Shown here: positions 45,661 through 58,366 of the stretch, one piece after another
How positions within the stretch are numbered: the stretch's first letter is position 1
Layout: each line of letters begins with the position of its first letter
NCBI GenBank assembly: GCA_048013815.1
Contig: CM106586.1
Coordinates: 19,158,001-19,222,000 of the forward strand
DNA from: Setoptus koraiensis
Taxonomy: Eukaryota > Animalia > Arthropoda
Length of the DNA: 64,000 nt
Direction: 5' to 3'
The notes under the pieces: generated by a model
Database searches by the model: none
What the model was told of the DNA's origin: nothing
Seen by the model: only the letters and a program-made list of their open reading frames with translations
Program-made: the position numbers and the translations under genes

Positions 45661-47166
45661 GACTATCGGTGGCTCATTGATGGCCCATTGATGGCTCATT
45701 GATGGAAATGAATGAATGGGGCGCCGGAGTGGACAGTTGGCGAGTTGAGCGCCAGCAAGCGTCCACTTCTCCGGTTCGGCTTGCGACTGCCAGCGGCCAC
45801 AAAGGAAGGGGCCGCATTCTTGGCCGATTCAATTGGCCCGAAATTAACGCGCCACAACAAACAAAGCGAGCGTCAATTTGACGACACACACACACACACA
45901 CTGTCGATGCGGGCAAACATGCAAATTGGCGAAACTCGCTCTCGGCCGCGCTGAGGCTCGCGGTTGGAGCTCGGGCACCGATGAAGATGTCTCGCGATTC
46001 GTGATGCCTCGCACTGGTCGGCGGCGCAAGTTCAGCGGGCCGCCGCAGCCGCCGAGCCATTTAATTTCGCCACGACAACCGCAGCAGCAACAGCACACAC
46101 AGGTTAATTAGTCACGACTGGCCGGCTGACCAGTGGACGGCAGCTCGCCGGCTGACCAGTGGCCGGCGGTTGCGCAACGCTCGCCGCCATGATAGGGCCG
46201 CAAACGCAATCAGAACGCAAATGCATTTCCATCATTTCGGCGCGTGAGCCGGGCGAATTGCGTCAGCGTCGCTGATTATAATTGATGGGCCAACGAGAAC
46301 GACGCACGCGACACCGGCCGCTTTGATTAATTAGGCTCATGATTAATCATGATCAGCGTAATCGCCCAAACGAAGCCAGTCGGCGCTGGCGTCTCGTCAA
46401 GCCGCTTGACTCAAGCGTCATCCACGAGACACTTGCCAAGCGGCCGGGCAAACATTACATAATATTTATATTTATATTTATTGGTTGTTATTATCATGTT
46501 CATGTTGCCGTCGTCGGGCTCGACCGCTTGGTGTCGCGTCGCTACCTGTGCGCCGGCTTGCTGCGGTGCCGCAACGCTGATTGAGTTTACCTGGTCGGCC
46601 ATTTATGCACTCGACTCACTAGCTTGTGAGTCAGCATATTGAGCAATCGAAGCGCCGGCCGACTGTCGTTTGACTGGCTGACGGGCAACAAGTCGCTCCG
46701 TCGACTAAATGATGGATCACCTCTTCACCTGTTCGTGCCGCGCGGCCTGTCGCCCGCACCCGGGACACGCCCCGCTCGCCAGCCCGTGTACAGACTGGCC
46801 CGCGGGCCGGCCGCGGGTGACGGCGTCAGTCGGGCCGGCCGCGGGTGACAGCGTTGCTCGGAGCTGCGACCCTGACTCGATGTGAATATTGCAATATAAC
46901 CAATATGGCAATTATCTGCCATTTGGGTTGTGCATGCATATTGGCTGTACATTGCCAATTGCTCGCTCGCTGAAGGAGAGGCGCCTATCCATGGGTGAAT
47001 ACTGCATTCACCCATGAATGTATTTAGCATATAGCTCATACAATATACACAAATATGCCAGAATGAATGTATGAATTTGCTGAAATTGAAATGACGATGG
47101 TGTTGTTGTGCGTTGCCGACGATGTGTCTTGCATACTGGTTGCATTGGTGTCCATGGCAACCCGCA

Positions 47167-47232
47167 ACAGGTTACCTGTTGGCTGTTACCTGTGAGCTGT
47201 TACCTGTGAGCTGTTACCTGTTACCTGTGAGC
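47167..47232. repeat. 14-bp tandem repeat TTACCTGTGAGCTG carrying five TACCTGT motifs
   Basis: TACCTGT at 47173, 47187, 47201, 47215 and 47222. Confidence 0.9.
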
Positions 47233-47934
47233 TGTGAGCTAGCTGTCGAGACGGATGAAATTAACAACAACAACAACAAAAACAAATTGCTTGTGACGCC
47301 GATAGTGGGCTGACAGTCAGCTGATAGTGAGCCCCTCATGATCAGCTGATGGTCGTCAGCGTCAGCTGATGGCATGAGCTGCGAGGTAACGCGGATGAGC
47401 GATCAGATTCAGAGTGAGTCGCAAGTTGTGATAATATTATTATTATTATGTGAGAGTAGCGAGCAGAGAGAGGAAGTGGCCATCGACAAACAACAAGTTG
47501 CAGCTATTATTAAAATACAAATTGAGCGATCATACACAAAGAAGAGATTGATCTTTCGAGATTAAACACTTGTGGCCACGCCACCCGCACGACAATGACG
47601 GCCCGAATGAAGGTGATTAAGCTGATGATGATTAGATTTGATCTTGTTGATCTCTCAATCTCGCTGCCAGTATCAGCTGACTTGATAATGAACTGGCAGC
47701 CAGTTTGTTTGCCTATCACTGACAGGCCCGATAGTCAGACTAATAGTATCAGATCGGCGGTGATGGCGTCGAGCGGCGGCCACATTCTCGCCGCAAACAA
47801 CAAGCTCGCAACAAGCGCGACCAGATACAAACAAGCAAACGAGAGCGCATCTCACCTGAATCTATACCATGCGCATGCACTATATCCATCGGGCCTGGCG
47901 AGCTAGTTGCGGTTGTGCGCTCATTCATCATGTT

Positions 47935-47940
47935 GTTGCC

Positions 47941-48004
<64 letters not shown>

Positions 48005-48020
48005 TTGTTGTTGCTGCTGC
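47935..48020. repeat. (GTTGCT)n hexamer tract (reverse complement of the 43.3-kb AACAGC type)
   Basis: Seen directly. Confidence 0.95.
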
Positions 48021-50320
48021 TGTCGGAGTGTGTTGGCTGCACCGCGACGCACCATCTATTAATTTTGCTGCTCGGCTATCGGGCCATCGGGCTGTCGGCC
48101 CATTGGACTGTCGGGCCGTCGGGCTGCTGGACTCTGCAGGGCTTGCCGTCTTGCCACTGGACGGGACGACGGGCCGAAAAGGCGCTCTGGTTGCCAGCTT
48201 TTTCGCTCGCTGCTCGCCTTACCTGTCGGCCGGCCGGCCGGCCGGCGTCTGGTGGTGGCAACTGGAGCATAAACTCGCAACATTTGTTGCGCCGAGCCAG
48301 CAACAACAGCAACAACATCACCGAGCCAACAGCAGCAACAACGGCAACAACAGCAGCAGCAGCAACAGCAACGCCAACAGAAACAAAGAGAACGGCGGCG
48401 TGTGCCCAACAAATTGATTTAGCCATCATGATGATCGCTGGCCGCTCATGTGATGCTAAACTAACCGATCGTCATTTCGATTGCCTGCGTCGCCTCGGCT
48501 CGCTTCGGAATGCTCACACAGGCGAGCGCATGGTGCCAGCACACGAGACCAGAGCACAGGTGAATACAGGTGAATCAGGCAATGACGCAATGTGTGCATG
48601 ATTGTTCGAGCTGCAATCCAATTTGAGCTGCTAGCCGATTTCGGCCAGCAGCAACAGCAGCAGCAACAACAACAACAACAGCAACACTTAATGAAGTGAC
48701 GCTGCCCGAATCAGCGGCTCGTCTCTTTGACTGGACGCAATCGATCGGCTCGACATTGGCCAATCGGCCAATTGGCCGATTGGTCGATTGGCCGATTGGC
48801 CAAAATGGCAAGCCCATTCGGCCAGCCACGCTCGACGAAGCGGCGATTTTGCTGCTCCGCTTGCCGCTCACCAGACCAGAGAAACGGAGCAAACGGAGCG
48901 ATCGGGGGGAGCCCCTGTTTGGTGGCACTTTTGTGCTTGTCGCAGCCCATGTAACATGTATAACACACTCGTATCTACGGGCCGGTGGCGCACTTGCCGC
49001 CGGCCACTCGATGAGCTCGGCGAGCTCCTAGCAGCCGCCTGTCAGGTCAAAAGTCACTGATGGAGTTCAGTGAGCACAAACAACAACAAACATCTCATAA
49101 TGTCAACCTATTACCTGTGCTGCAGCTGGCCAGCTAGTGAAGCGAAACAACAGCCGCAACGACAAGTGTGCATCGGACAACAACACCAACACCAACAACA
49201 ACAACGACAGCAACAACAACAACAGCAACAACAACGACAGCAGCAACAACAACAACAGCCCAACAACGACAACACTGATGTGCGACGGCCCAACAAACGA
49301 CACAAGCGACATTATAGGCAACATCCGCGGCTTGCGCGCACTAACACTGTTTACCTGTGTGCAACCTGTTGTTGTCTTTGCGACACTTTGCGCACCACTC
49401 ACAATTGTCAGCTGTCGCTGGCAGTTTGTTTGTTTGTTTGCTCGCTTGTGCGCTGTCACCTGTTGCGCGCTTGTTCTACAAGCCTTGTGACACAACAGAC
49501 CACATTGGCGACCAGCTGATTGTCAGTGGTTAGTTATGCCGGTTGGTTTGTTAGTTGTGTCATTAGTTGTGTTTAGCTGTGTCGGTTGTTGTTGTTGTTG
49601 TTGTTGTTGTTGCTGTTGTTGCTGTTGTTGTCAGTGGTGCGCTGTTGAGTCGTGAGACAATTTCGCAACGCACACACACACACACACATTTGAATCATTC
49701 AAATTGAACGATTAATTAAACCTGTGTCACCTGTACTATCGGCTGTGACATTGTCATTGTCATGACAGTTAACAGTGCCTAACTAGACAAATTAACTCAC
49801 GTAATGTCACATAATGTCACATGATGTCACACAGGCCAATTTGGGCTGTCTCATTTCAGCATGCAAGCTGAAGTGAGTTTGCAGCGCCACAGTTCGTTGG
49901 CACGGTTAATAAGGCGCGCGTTAATTGCCCGCCGCTGCCGCTGACAAATATCTAAATCTAATCGACGCACTGTCGCCAACAGTGACCACTGGTCAGCTGT
50001 TGGCACGCTGTGCACTGTTACAGTTAATGTTGCATAACGCAACAACATCCTTGTTGTTGTGGCTGCTGTCAAAAATTCGTGCTGGCCTCATTGTTGCGTC
50101 ATCCAAACGGCAGCAGCCACAACAGTTGCGACAGCAACGACAACAACAACATCAACAACAGTCTGCCAGTTGTGGCTGGCGGGAGATAGCGACCGACGCA
50201 GCGACACACAATGTCCGGTTTACAGTGCTGCGATTTGTTGAATTTTGTGCGCTCTTGCTTCTTGGCTGGCACCGCTTTCATTGGCCACACTATCCCGATC
50301 TCAACCGTCCACAATGTCGA

Positions 50321-50420
50321 CTGTCCACAATCTCGACCATCCACAATTTCGACTGTCCACAATATCGACTGTGCGCAATTTCGACTATCCACAGTCTCGA
50401 CTATCCACAATCTCGGCTGT
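50321..50420. repeat. 16-bp tandem repeat TCGACTRTCCACAATN, ~6-7 copies
   Basis: Seen directly. Confidence 0.9.
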
Positions 50421-50940
50421 TGGAAGCATCCAGCGGCTAATCAAATTGTGGATATTGGTGGATATTGGCGAGCGACGGCGACTTGCGAAACGAGACCCGC
50501 CAACTGGCAACTGGCAACTGCGAGCCGCACTGGACCTCATGCGGACGGGACGGTGTGACAATTGGACCGACGGGATGCGATGCGAGCGAGCGGTGGCGCC
50601 GCTGTCGTTGATGGGCAGTTGCCCGATGCAATTGTTAATGGCGGCACTTGTCGATTGTGTTGTTATTACATGATAAGTTGCTCGTCGTCTCTCGTCGACT
50701 GTTGAGCTCGGGCCGGCTGCAAATGGCGGCGCGCAATGGCACTTGTTCGGACACTTGTTGTTGGTCTGTGGCGCTGGTCCGCAGGCGCGGCTTCGCTGGC
50801 GCTGCCATTTAATAACTGCAATTTATTATTATTATTATTATATTAGTGGCTGCAGTTGCAGTTGATTATGGTCACGATTCCTGTTGGCCACTTCCTATTC
50901 CTGGACCACTTTTGCACATGACCATTTCGCTGGCCGTGTT

Positions 50941-51078
50941 GTCGTACGAGTCGCATGAGTCGCATTGGTCGTATGAGTTGGCCGAGTCGCCGAGTCGCAT
51001 GAGTCGTATCAGTGGTATCGGTCGTATTGGTCGTATCGGCCGTATTGGTCGTATTGGTTGTGTCAGTTGTGTTGGTGG
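50941..51078. repeat. 9-bp degenerate tandem repeat GTCGYATYR, ~15 copies
   Basis: Seen directly. Confidence 0.85.
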
Positions 51079-51768
51079 CTGGCCACCAGTTGTCCACTTG
51101 TTGTCGCTGTCGCTGTCGTTGTCGCTGTTGTTGTCGTTGCCGCTGTCGTTGCGGCCAAATTTGTCCGGCGTGAATGAGCAAACCGGGCCAACATGAGCGC
51201 CAGTGTCGCTGCCGGCGAGACACATGACAGCGGCCATGATTTGGCCGCCACGAATTCAATTGACAGCGACATGAGCATTCTTTTCGCAATTCTCTTCTCC
51301 GTGCGATCGTCGCTTCCTCGGTGCTCGCAAGCGGCCGCTCAACGCCAGCTCGCACTTTTATGGACTCGCAACCTGTTGCTGTCGTTGTCGCCGCTGTTGT
51401 CGCTGTCGCTGCTGCTGTTGTCGTCGTTGTTGTCGCTGTTGTGCTCGAATCACAACAAACGCCCGCGCTGCAAATTTTATGCCATCGTCTCTCGCAACAC
51501 TCGCAAGCGACAAGACTCTTGTCACAAGAGCATAAAATTTGACTTGCTCGCTTGTCCGGCCGGCCGCGCCGCGCCGCATCGACCCGCGCCCGGGCGATCT
51601 TGCCAAGACGCACAGCCCAATCAGCCGGTGACAGTGTGACAGTGATTGTGCCAGCATCACCATAAGCCAGCGTGGCCATAAACTTGCCGCCGCCAGCGTC
51701 GGCAGCGCCTCTAGGCTCGTTTCGTTGGTCGGATTCATTTCGATTGTCGAATGCATTCCGACGCGCGA

Positions 51769-51850
51769 TTCAACTGCGAGATTCGCTCAATCGCGAAATT
51801 CATTTGCGTTTCAACTGCGAGATTCGCTCAATCGCGAAATTCGTTTGCGA
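51769..51850. repeat. 41-bp direct duplication (TTCAACTGCGAGATTCGCTCAATCGCGAAATTCRTTTGCG)
   Basis: Two near-identical copies starting at 51769 and 51810. Confidence 0.9.
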
Positions 51851-53811
51851 TTCGTTGGCGAGGCGCTTCGTTTTATTGCGTCATTTCGTTGGCGAGAAAA
51901 TAAATGAGTTGCATGTCGCATCGGTGGGGTGCCCCTTTGCACAGACTGCACAAAGGCACTCTAAACTGTGCCGACTCTAAATTGTGCCCACTCTAAACTG
52001 TGCCGACACACAACAAGTGCAACGAGACACGGCCACTGTGAAGTACGGCAAGCGCTCCTATTGCGCAACTGGCCACTCTGCGAAGCACAGTCTGCATAGG
52101 CGGATGTTGCGCAATAGGATGCGAGCCGCAGTGCAACGGCACAATCTGACGCCGCATACGCCGTTGCGGGCCGGAGACAAAACACAAGTGACACACGGCT
52201 GACATGTGCACTCGACGGAGCTCTATTGGTGGCCGACAAACAAACGGCCAACAGGCACAGAGAGTGCAAACAATGACAACAATCAACCTATAATTATATT
52301 TTGCCTATTCGCCCAATCGCTCGCGCACAAAATTGTGCACAATATCATGGGCACAATTTCAATATTTTTTCATTTTGTGCATTTCATTTGTGTGTCTTGC
52401 CAAAAATGCCTTCCCCCTTCCCGCGCCGATGGGCTGACAGTCGGTCAGCTGATCGAGTGTGGCGATTGTTTATTTTTTGGTGGCGCGCTAGCTCGATTGC
52501 CAAGACCGAATGTTTCGCTCGAATGTTGGAATGTTCGGCTCGAGCGTTGCAATGATTTGCCCGAATGGTGCAACGATTTGCGCAACCACTGGATGTTGTG
52601 CCAGAAAGTTTGGTGGCAATTGTGCGCGAATATGGCACAACTCATCTCTGGCCGAAGATTGCGCCAGGGATCGCGCCAGTGATGAGATATATCAGAGACG
52701 AGATGCATCAGAGGGAAGATATATCATTATTACAGCACACAATGATCGGCGGGTCGGCACATTGGCCAGTCGGGCGCAGTCGGCCGATGGCGCAGTGACG
52801 CAACCGCGTTTGTGGCGTATGTAATTATCGGGCGCGCGATGCGGCCCGGCCAGCGGAGCCCGGTCACACAAAGTCACACTGGCACACTGGCACCGGTGCT
52901 GGGCACAAACAGCCACTTGTTGCGCGTCCAGTTGTTTATAGTGTGGCCAATAGTTGGCACGACTTGCACAGACACAAGTGCTACAAGTGGTCACTCAAAC
53001 AGCGCTTTGACATTGGTCATTGTTGGCGCATTGGTCAGCTGAGAGCGGCAGCTTATCATTATGACGATTGTCTCTGTTTAAATTGGAGCCTTTGTTCCAA
53101 ACTCGCACTCACCTGTGCCATGTCAGCTGGACACATTTTAGCCCCATGGCTTTGACCTAGACGAAAACTCTTCTTCGGCCCTTCGCGCATGCACTGTAAA
53201 TGTAATATGTACATGTCCGTGCACTTTGGCGCTGTGTCCAGTATTCGCATGACGCATGATGATGTATTCGCAAACAAACAGCTCGCACTGGCCAGGTGAC
53301 AGCTCGCCCGAGACACCGATGACGACACTGATGACGACAGTGATAGTTGTAGTCGTAATAATAACAGTGATAATAATGACAGTGTTCAGCAGCGAGAGGC
53401 CCTCGTTAACAGCCACTGGCCAACGACGACAAAAACAATGTCACTCGGCCTGTCACTATCAGCTGTTGCTGTGTCAGCTGTTGCTGTGTCAGCTGTTGTT
53501 GTGTCAGCCGAGTTGCGTCAGCTGAGTCGTGTCAGCCGAGTTACGTTGGCCGAGTTCAGCCAGTGTCAGCGGTTGTTGAGGCAATTTGCACCAACTAAAA
53601 TCACATTACGCAATAGTGACATAATGTAATTATAGCTGGTGGCTGGCATAGCAAAAATGTGCCACTCGCCTCTTAACCTGTCTGCGGTGCATCGCGCGGC
53701 CATTGTTTGTGGCCGTTGTGTCCACATTGAGTTATTTTGGCCGCTTGATACAATTTGGCGCTCGATGCAAACTCAGCACGGACAGTCGGCTCCGGCCTCG
53801 AGCGCCTACGA

Positions 53812-53858
53812 ACTTCGCATTGCAAACTTCGCATTGCAAACTTCGCATTGCAAACTCT
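53812..53858. repeat. 14-bp tandem repeat AACTTCGCATTGCA x3
   Basis: Seen directly. Confidence 0.9.
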
Positions 53859-55229
53859 GCCAAGTGGCAAACTGGTGGTGCGACAGCAAACAACGGACAG
53901 GGCGACAGTTTGTGGCCTCATTGTGACCTCAATGTTCGCCGGTGCCCGATGTTGCCGGCGATCGCCTCGAGCCGCGAGCCTCGATCGGCATGCGTGAGCG
54001 CGGCTGTTATCGCTGCCGTCCAGCGCCGCCACTTACAGGCCGGCACATGATGATATATGATCGCGGGTATGATGGCGGGCCATATTGCGCCCGCCATCAT
54101 CAATCTTGGCGGCCCGAGGGCATCGGGCCGGTGGCTTTGATTATGGTATTTGCCACCGTCTGCGTGCTGGTCGCGGCCACTTGGCAACCGTTAACGATCC
54201 GCCAATATCCGCTCTCAATGTCCATTGTCGAGGGTGTGTTTAATGCTGCTGCACTCGCTGCATTCAGCAGCGTGTTCGTGTGTGTGTGTGCGCGCGCGGG
54301 TATTGTAGGTGCGACCGCATAGGCATTTCCCGGTGGTGCCACTGAGCGGCCGGCTCCAACAGGTGGGCGCGCTTCGAAGGTGCCCCCGTTGCAGCTGATG
54401 GTGTTGGCGTGCCGGTCGGGCGCAGTCTGGTTACGTTGCGACCATCATTATGACAGGTGAGCGTAGTATTTAGCCGGCAGCGATGCTGCCCGACTGAGCG
54501 GATTGGTCCGACGGAGCCCATTGAGACTGCTGAGCGGCCGGCGTCCGCCCGAGACTGCTGAGCGGCGAGCGTCCGCCCGGGACTGTTGGCCGGCATTCGG
54601 CGGCCACAGGACCCGCCAGCCGACGGGGCACGCCGATGCTCCATTATATAGGTTATTGTCAATTAGTTGGCTGCGCGCCGGCAACAGTTAGCCAATCATT
54701 AGGATCGCTATAGATTGGACGGGATCGCTGTAGTTGGCATCGCTGTGCTCGGTAGTTGGCGTCGCTCGCACTGACCAGTGGCCTTAATGTTACAAGCTGC
54801 TGCCGTGCGCATAATTACAATTGGCAGCTTGTAAAATTCAGAGTTGGGCTCAAGTCGGCAACGAGCGATTCATTCAAGAATTTCTGCGCTCGGGCATCTT
54901 CTCTCGCCAGTCTCGTCCTTCCCGAACTGCAAACTGCCGGCCGCAAACTGCAAACTGCAAACTGCAAGCGAGATGCGAGACGCGAGAGAATGGGAATAAA
55001 TGAGAAAATGAGATTAAAATAATGAAATTCCTCGTTGTGTTTATTTTGGCAACGGGCGAGAACAGCAACAGTTTGTGTGAGTGGAACGGCCACTGGCAGT
55101 CAAACTCAATTTGCTCGGCTCGCTTCAATTTGCTGCACACCGCCATGCTGCACGCCGCATTGTTGGTGCCGCGGCAACAGATACCTGCCAGCAAACTGGA
55201 AGCATACCTGCCCGTCGAAGGCTCCGGAT

Positions 55230-55370
55230 CGAAGCCGAAATCGAAGCCAGATCGAAGCCAGATCGAAGCCGAACGAAGCCGAACTCGAAGCCGAACGAAG
55301 CCGAACTCGAAGCCGAACTTGAAGCCGAACGAAGCCGAACTCGAAGCCAAACTCGAAGCCGAACTCGAAG
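55230..55370. repeat. 10-12 bp tandem repeat CGAAGCCGAA(CT), ~13 copies
   Basis: Seen directly. Confidence 0.9.
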
Positions 55371-58240
55371 GCTCTGAATGGAGGCTGTAAATTAAATCGA
55401 ATGGACTGCGCTGCGTCGGCCGGCGCTTCGGCCGCTCGGCGCGCACTTCGGGCCGTGTCGAACGGGCGAGAAGCCTCTCAATTGGCAGCGTCTAGAGTGG
55501 CCGTTCGCGCGAAAGGAACGCGCTTTAAGTGGAACATCATCAATAATGAATGACGATGACAATGATGCTCGTTAACGGCGCCTCCTCCTTTCTTTGCACC
55601 ATTCTGCGCGATTGTTCTTGTCGCAGTTCGCAGTTCGCGGCGGCTCGGCTCGCAGTTCGCGCCAGGGCCGGCGCTCGCTTCATTCCGATCGATTCCGATC
55701 GATTTCCATCAATTGGCCGGAGCGCCAGAAACGCCAGAAACGCCAGAAACACGCCACTCAGTCTCGTTGTTCTGGGCCACGCTCAGCGGCGACACTCTCC
55801 ACTAGCGACACTCTCCCATAGCGATAGAGAGACTCCGACAGAGAGCCCCCGATTGAGTCTCCATCAACATTGTTTGCTGGCACATCGTGCGAGCCGGCCG
55901 CCGAAGCGCACGCAAACGCCCACTCAGTGCCCAGTTCGTGCCCAGCTGAGTGTCCGGTGCGGCCGATGATGCCGGCGAATGCCGTGCAATCCGCACTGTC
56001 CGGCCGAGTCCAGAGGATCGAGCGGAGTCCAGTGGATCGAGCGGAATCCGGCGCGTCGAGCGGACCGGGCGGACCGAGCGGACCGAGTGAATCGAGTGAA
56101 GTGACTGGTGAACAGTGTGAGCAGTTTATGGACACATTAGAGTGAGCGGAATAACCATCATTGTGCTCTTATCATCACTCGTTGGCCAGCGGCCGGCACG
56201 CCGTTGCCCGTTACAACTTAATGATGCGGCCCAAATTGGCACAAATGCCGGCCAACTGTGCCAACGGTTTACCTGTTCAGTATTGTGCTTCTATTGAGAG
56301 TTGTGCCTCTCTGTTCGGTATTGTGCCAGTCGCTTTCTAATCAAGTGGCTTTTTTGCTCTGCTAATTCCATTGGACATGCCACAGACGAGTCGCTGTATC
56401 CATTGCTGGGCAAACAGCGAGCTGACACTGCGAGCAGGCGAACGAGTTTGCAGTGGCTGTTGTCGTTGCGGCTGCCGTTGGTCAACAACAAAAGTTGATT
56501 AAATTGACATCGGGCACAGCGAGTTGGCTTGTGAGTGCCCGACCGCCGAGTCCAACTGTCTGAGTTGGCCGGCCGACTCTTGCGGCAGTCGGGCAGCACT
56601 CACGCGGCGGTCGAGGCACAAATACCCCAATGAATGGCCGGCGTGTGGTTGCCCGAAAGAGGGAGTTTTGTCAATTCTTTTCACTGCAACTCGCCACACT
56701 CTGGCCAACAATGGCTGCTCGTCTAGAAATAACAGCTCCAGACGCGAAACAGCTTGCCGTGAGTGGCCGGCGCAGTTCATTTTTGACTTTTTGGCCGTGT
56801 GTTTGCACTGGCCAAGAGTGGTCAATGTGGCCGCCATTGAGTCTGGTCGGCGCTGGCCAGTGACGCTCAATTGGCTCTTTATCTGCACTCGGCAGCGAGC
56901 CAGTCTGTCAACTCCGGCCAGCGCCAGTCTGGCCGCAGTTGACAGACAATGTTGGCGCGATACGGCTGCAGCTTCTCGGAATGAACGCAAAATATCGAGC
57001 ACAATATCTGGCTCAATACCGGGCGCAATGTCAGACGCAATATCAGTGCCGAGCAACATCGCCGACAATATCAATGCTGCAATATTGAAGACGGCCACTG
57101 GGCCAACAATGACGCAGCCAGCGACAATATAACACATAATGTCGGCTCGATTATGTGCACTCGGCCGGCCCGACCGGCCAGATATGGCCGCCATATCGCG
57201 GATATTGGCCATATCTGGCCACATAGTGCGCCGCAAATATGGGCCCGATGTCGGCAACGTGCCCAATGCCAATATTTGCCCACGCGGGCCCGTCGGGCCG
57301 CTGTTGAGCCAGTGGCCGCTCTGGCGCTGCGGAGTCTGGCTGCGCGGTCTGGCTGCGGACTGTGCGGTGCGGACCGACTCGGGTAATTCAAACGGGCTCA
57401 GGCGCTTCGGACGGGCTCAGGTGAGTCGCTGCAAAGTGCCAAGCAAGCCGAGCTCGCTCGGTTATCATGGCTGGCTGGCAATTATGTCGGCCGGCCGGCC
57501 GGCTCTCGCATGAGCGCCAGCTATGAAGGCGCCTATAAAAGGCGCCTGGCTTCCCGCTCGCTATAGGAGCGGCGAGCGAGCTTGCCAGCCAGCCGACGAG
57601 CTATCGGGCCAGCGCCGCGCTGTCTAGCCGCCGAGCTACCTAGCCGCATACGCTCGTATGCGTATAGTATGTGTGTACCTAGCTGGGTAGTTGACCGAGT
57701 TGCCTGGAGCGGCGCCAGTGGAGTGGAGCGAGTTGCGGAGCATGCTGTGCGTGCGCTCTCTCGTATGCCCGTCGCCCGCTTATGGCATTTCTGGCCGACT
57801 AGTCGGCGGTTGGCTCTCTCATCGTCGTCTGGCCCGTCTCGCCGCCGCTCGCTCGCTCGCCAGCCCGACAGGCCGACAGCTCGGCTCGTTGGCTTGCTGG
57901 CTCGACGAGCCGAGTTGTCGGGCTGGCTCGACGAGAGCGACGAGCCGAGCTGTCGGCCGGCGAGCCAGCGAGCGGCGGCGAGAGCCGAACCGAGCCAAGT
58001 GACGAACAAAGTCGCTGCTGCTGCTGCGATGACGACGACGCCGAACAAAAGAATGAGGAAAAACAAAAAGCGGCGCTTCTCGCAGCGCCGCCGCTCGCTA
58101 ATCCAATCCCATGCAAACCAATCCGAACCGCGCTCCTATCGCATGCCAGCCAGTGCGACCCATGCCAGTTCCATTCAGTGCCTGATCCCATCTCGGCCGA
58201 GCGCCGAGACCCGGTCGCGTTCGTCGTTTCATTCGTTTCA

Positions 58241-58366
58241 TTCGGCTCGTTCGACTCGTTCGGCTCATTCGACTCATTCGACTCGTTCGACTCGTTCGGC
58301 TCATTCGACTCATTCGACTCGTTCGACTCGTTCGGCTCATTCGACTCATTCGACTCGTTCGACTCA
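58241..58366. repeat. 9-bp tandem repeat TTCGRCTCR x14 with a 36-bp higher-order unit
   Basis: 126 bp equals 14 units, with the variant order repeating every four units. Confidence 0.95.

Noticed and set aside
55022-55390. ORF starting MKFLVVFILA (secreted peptide-like)
   Set aside because: Hydrophobic core is short, and the C-terminal third is a translated tandem repeat.
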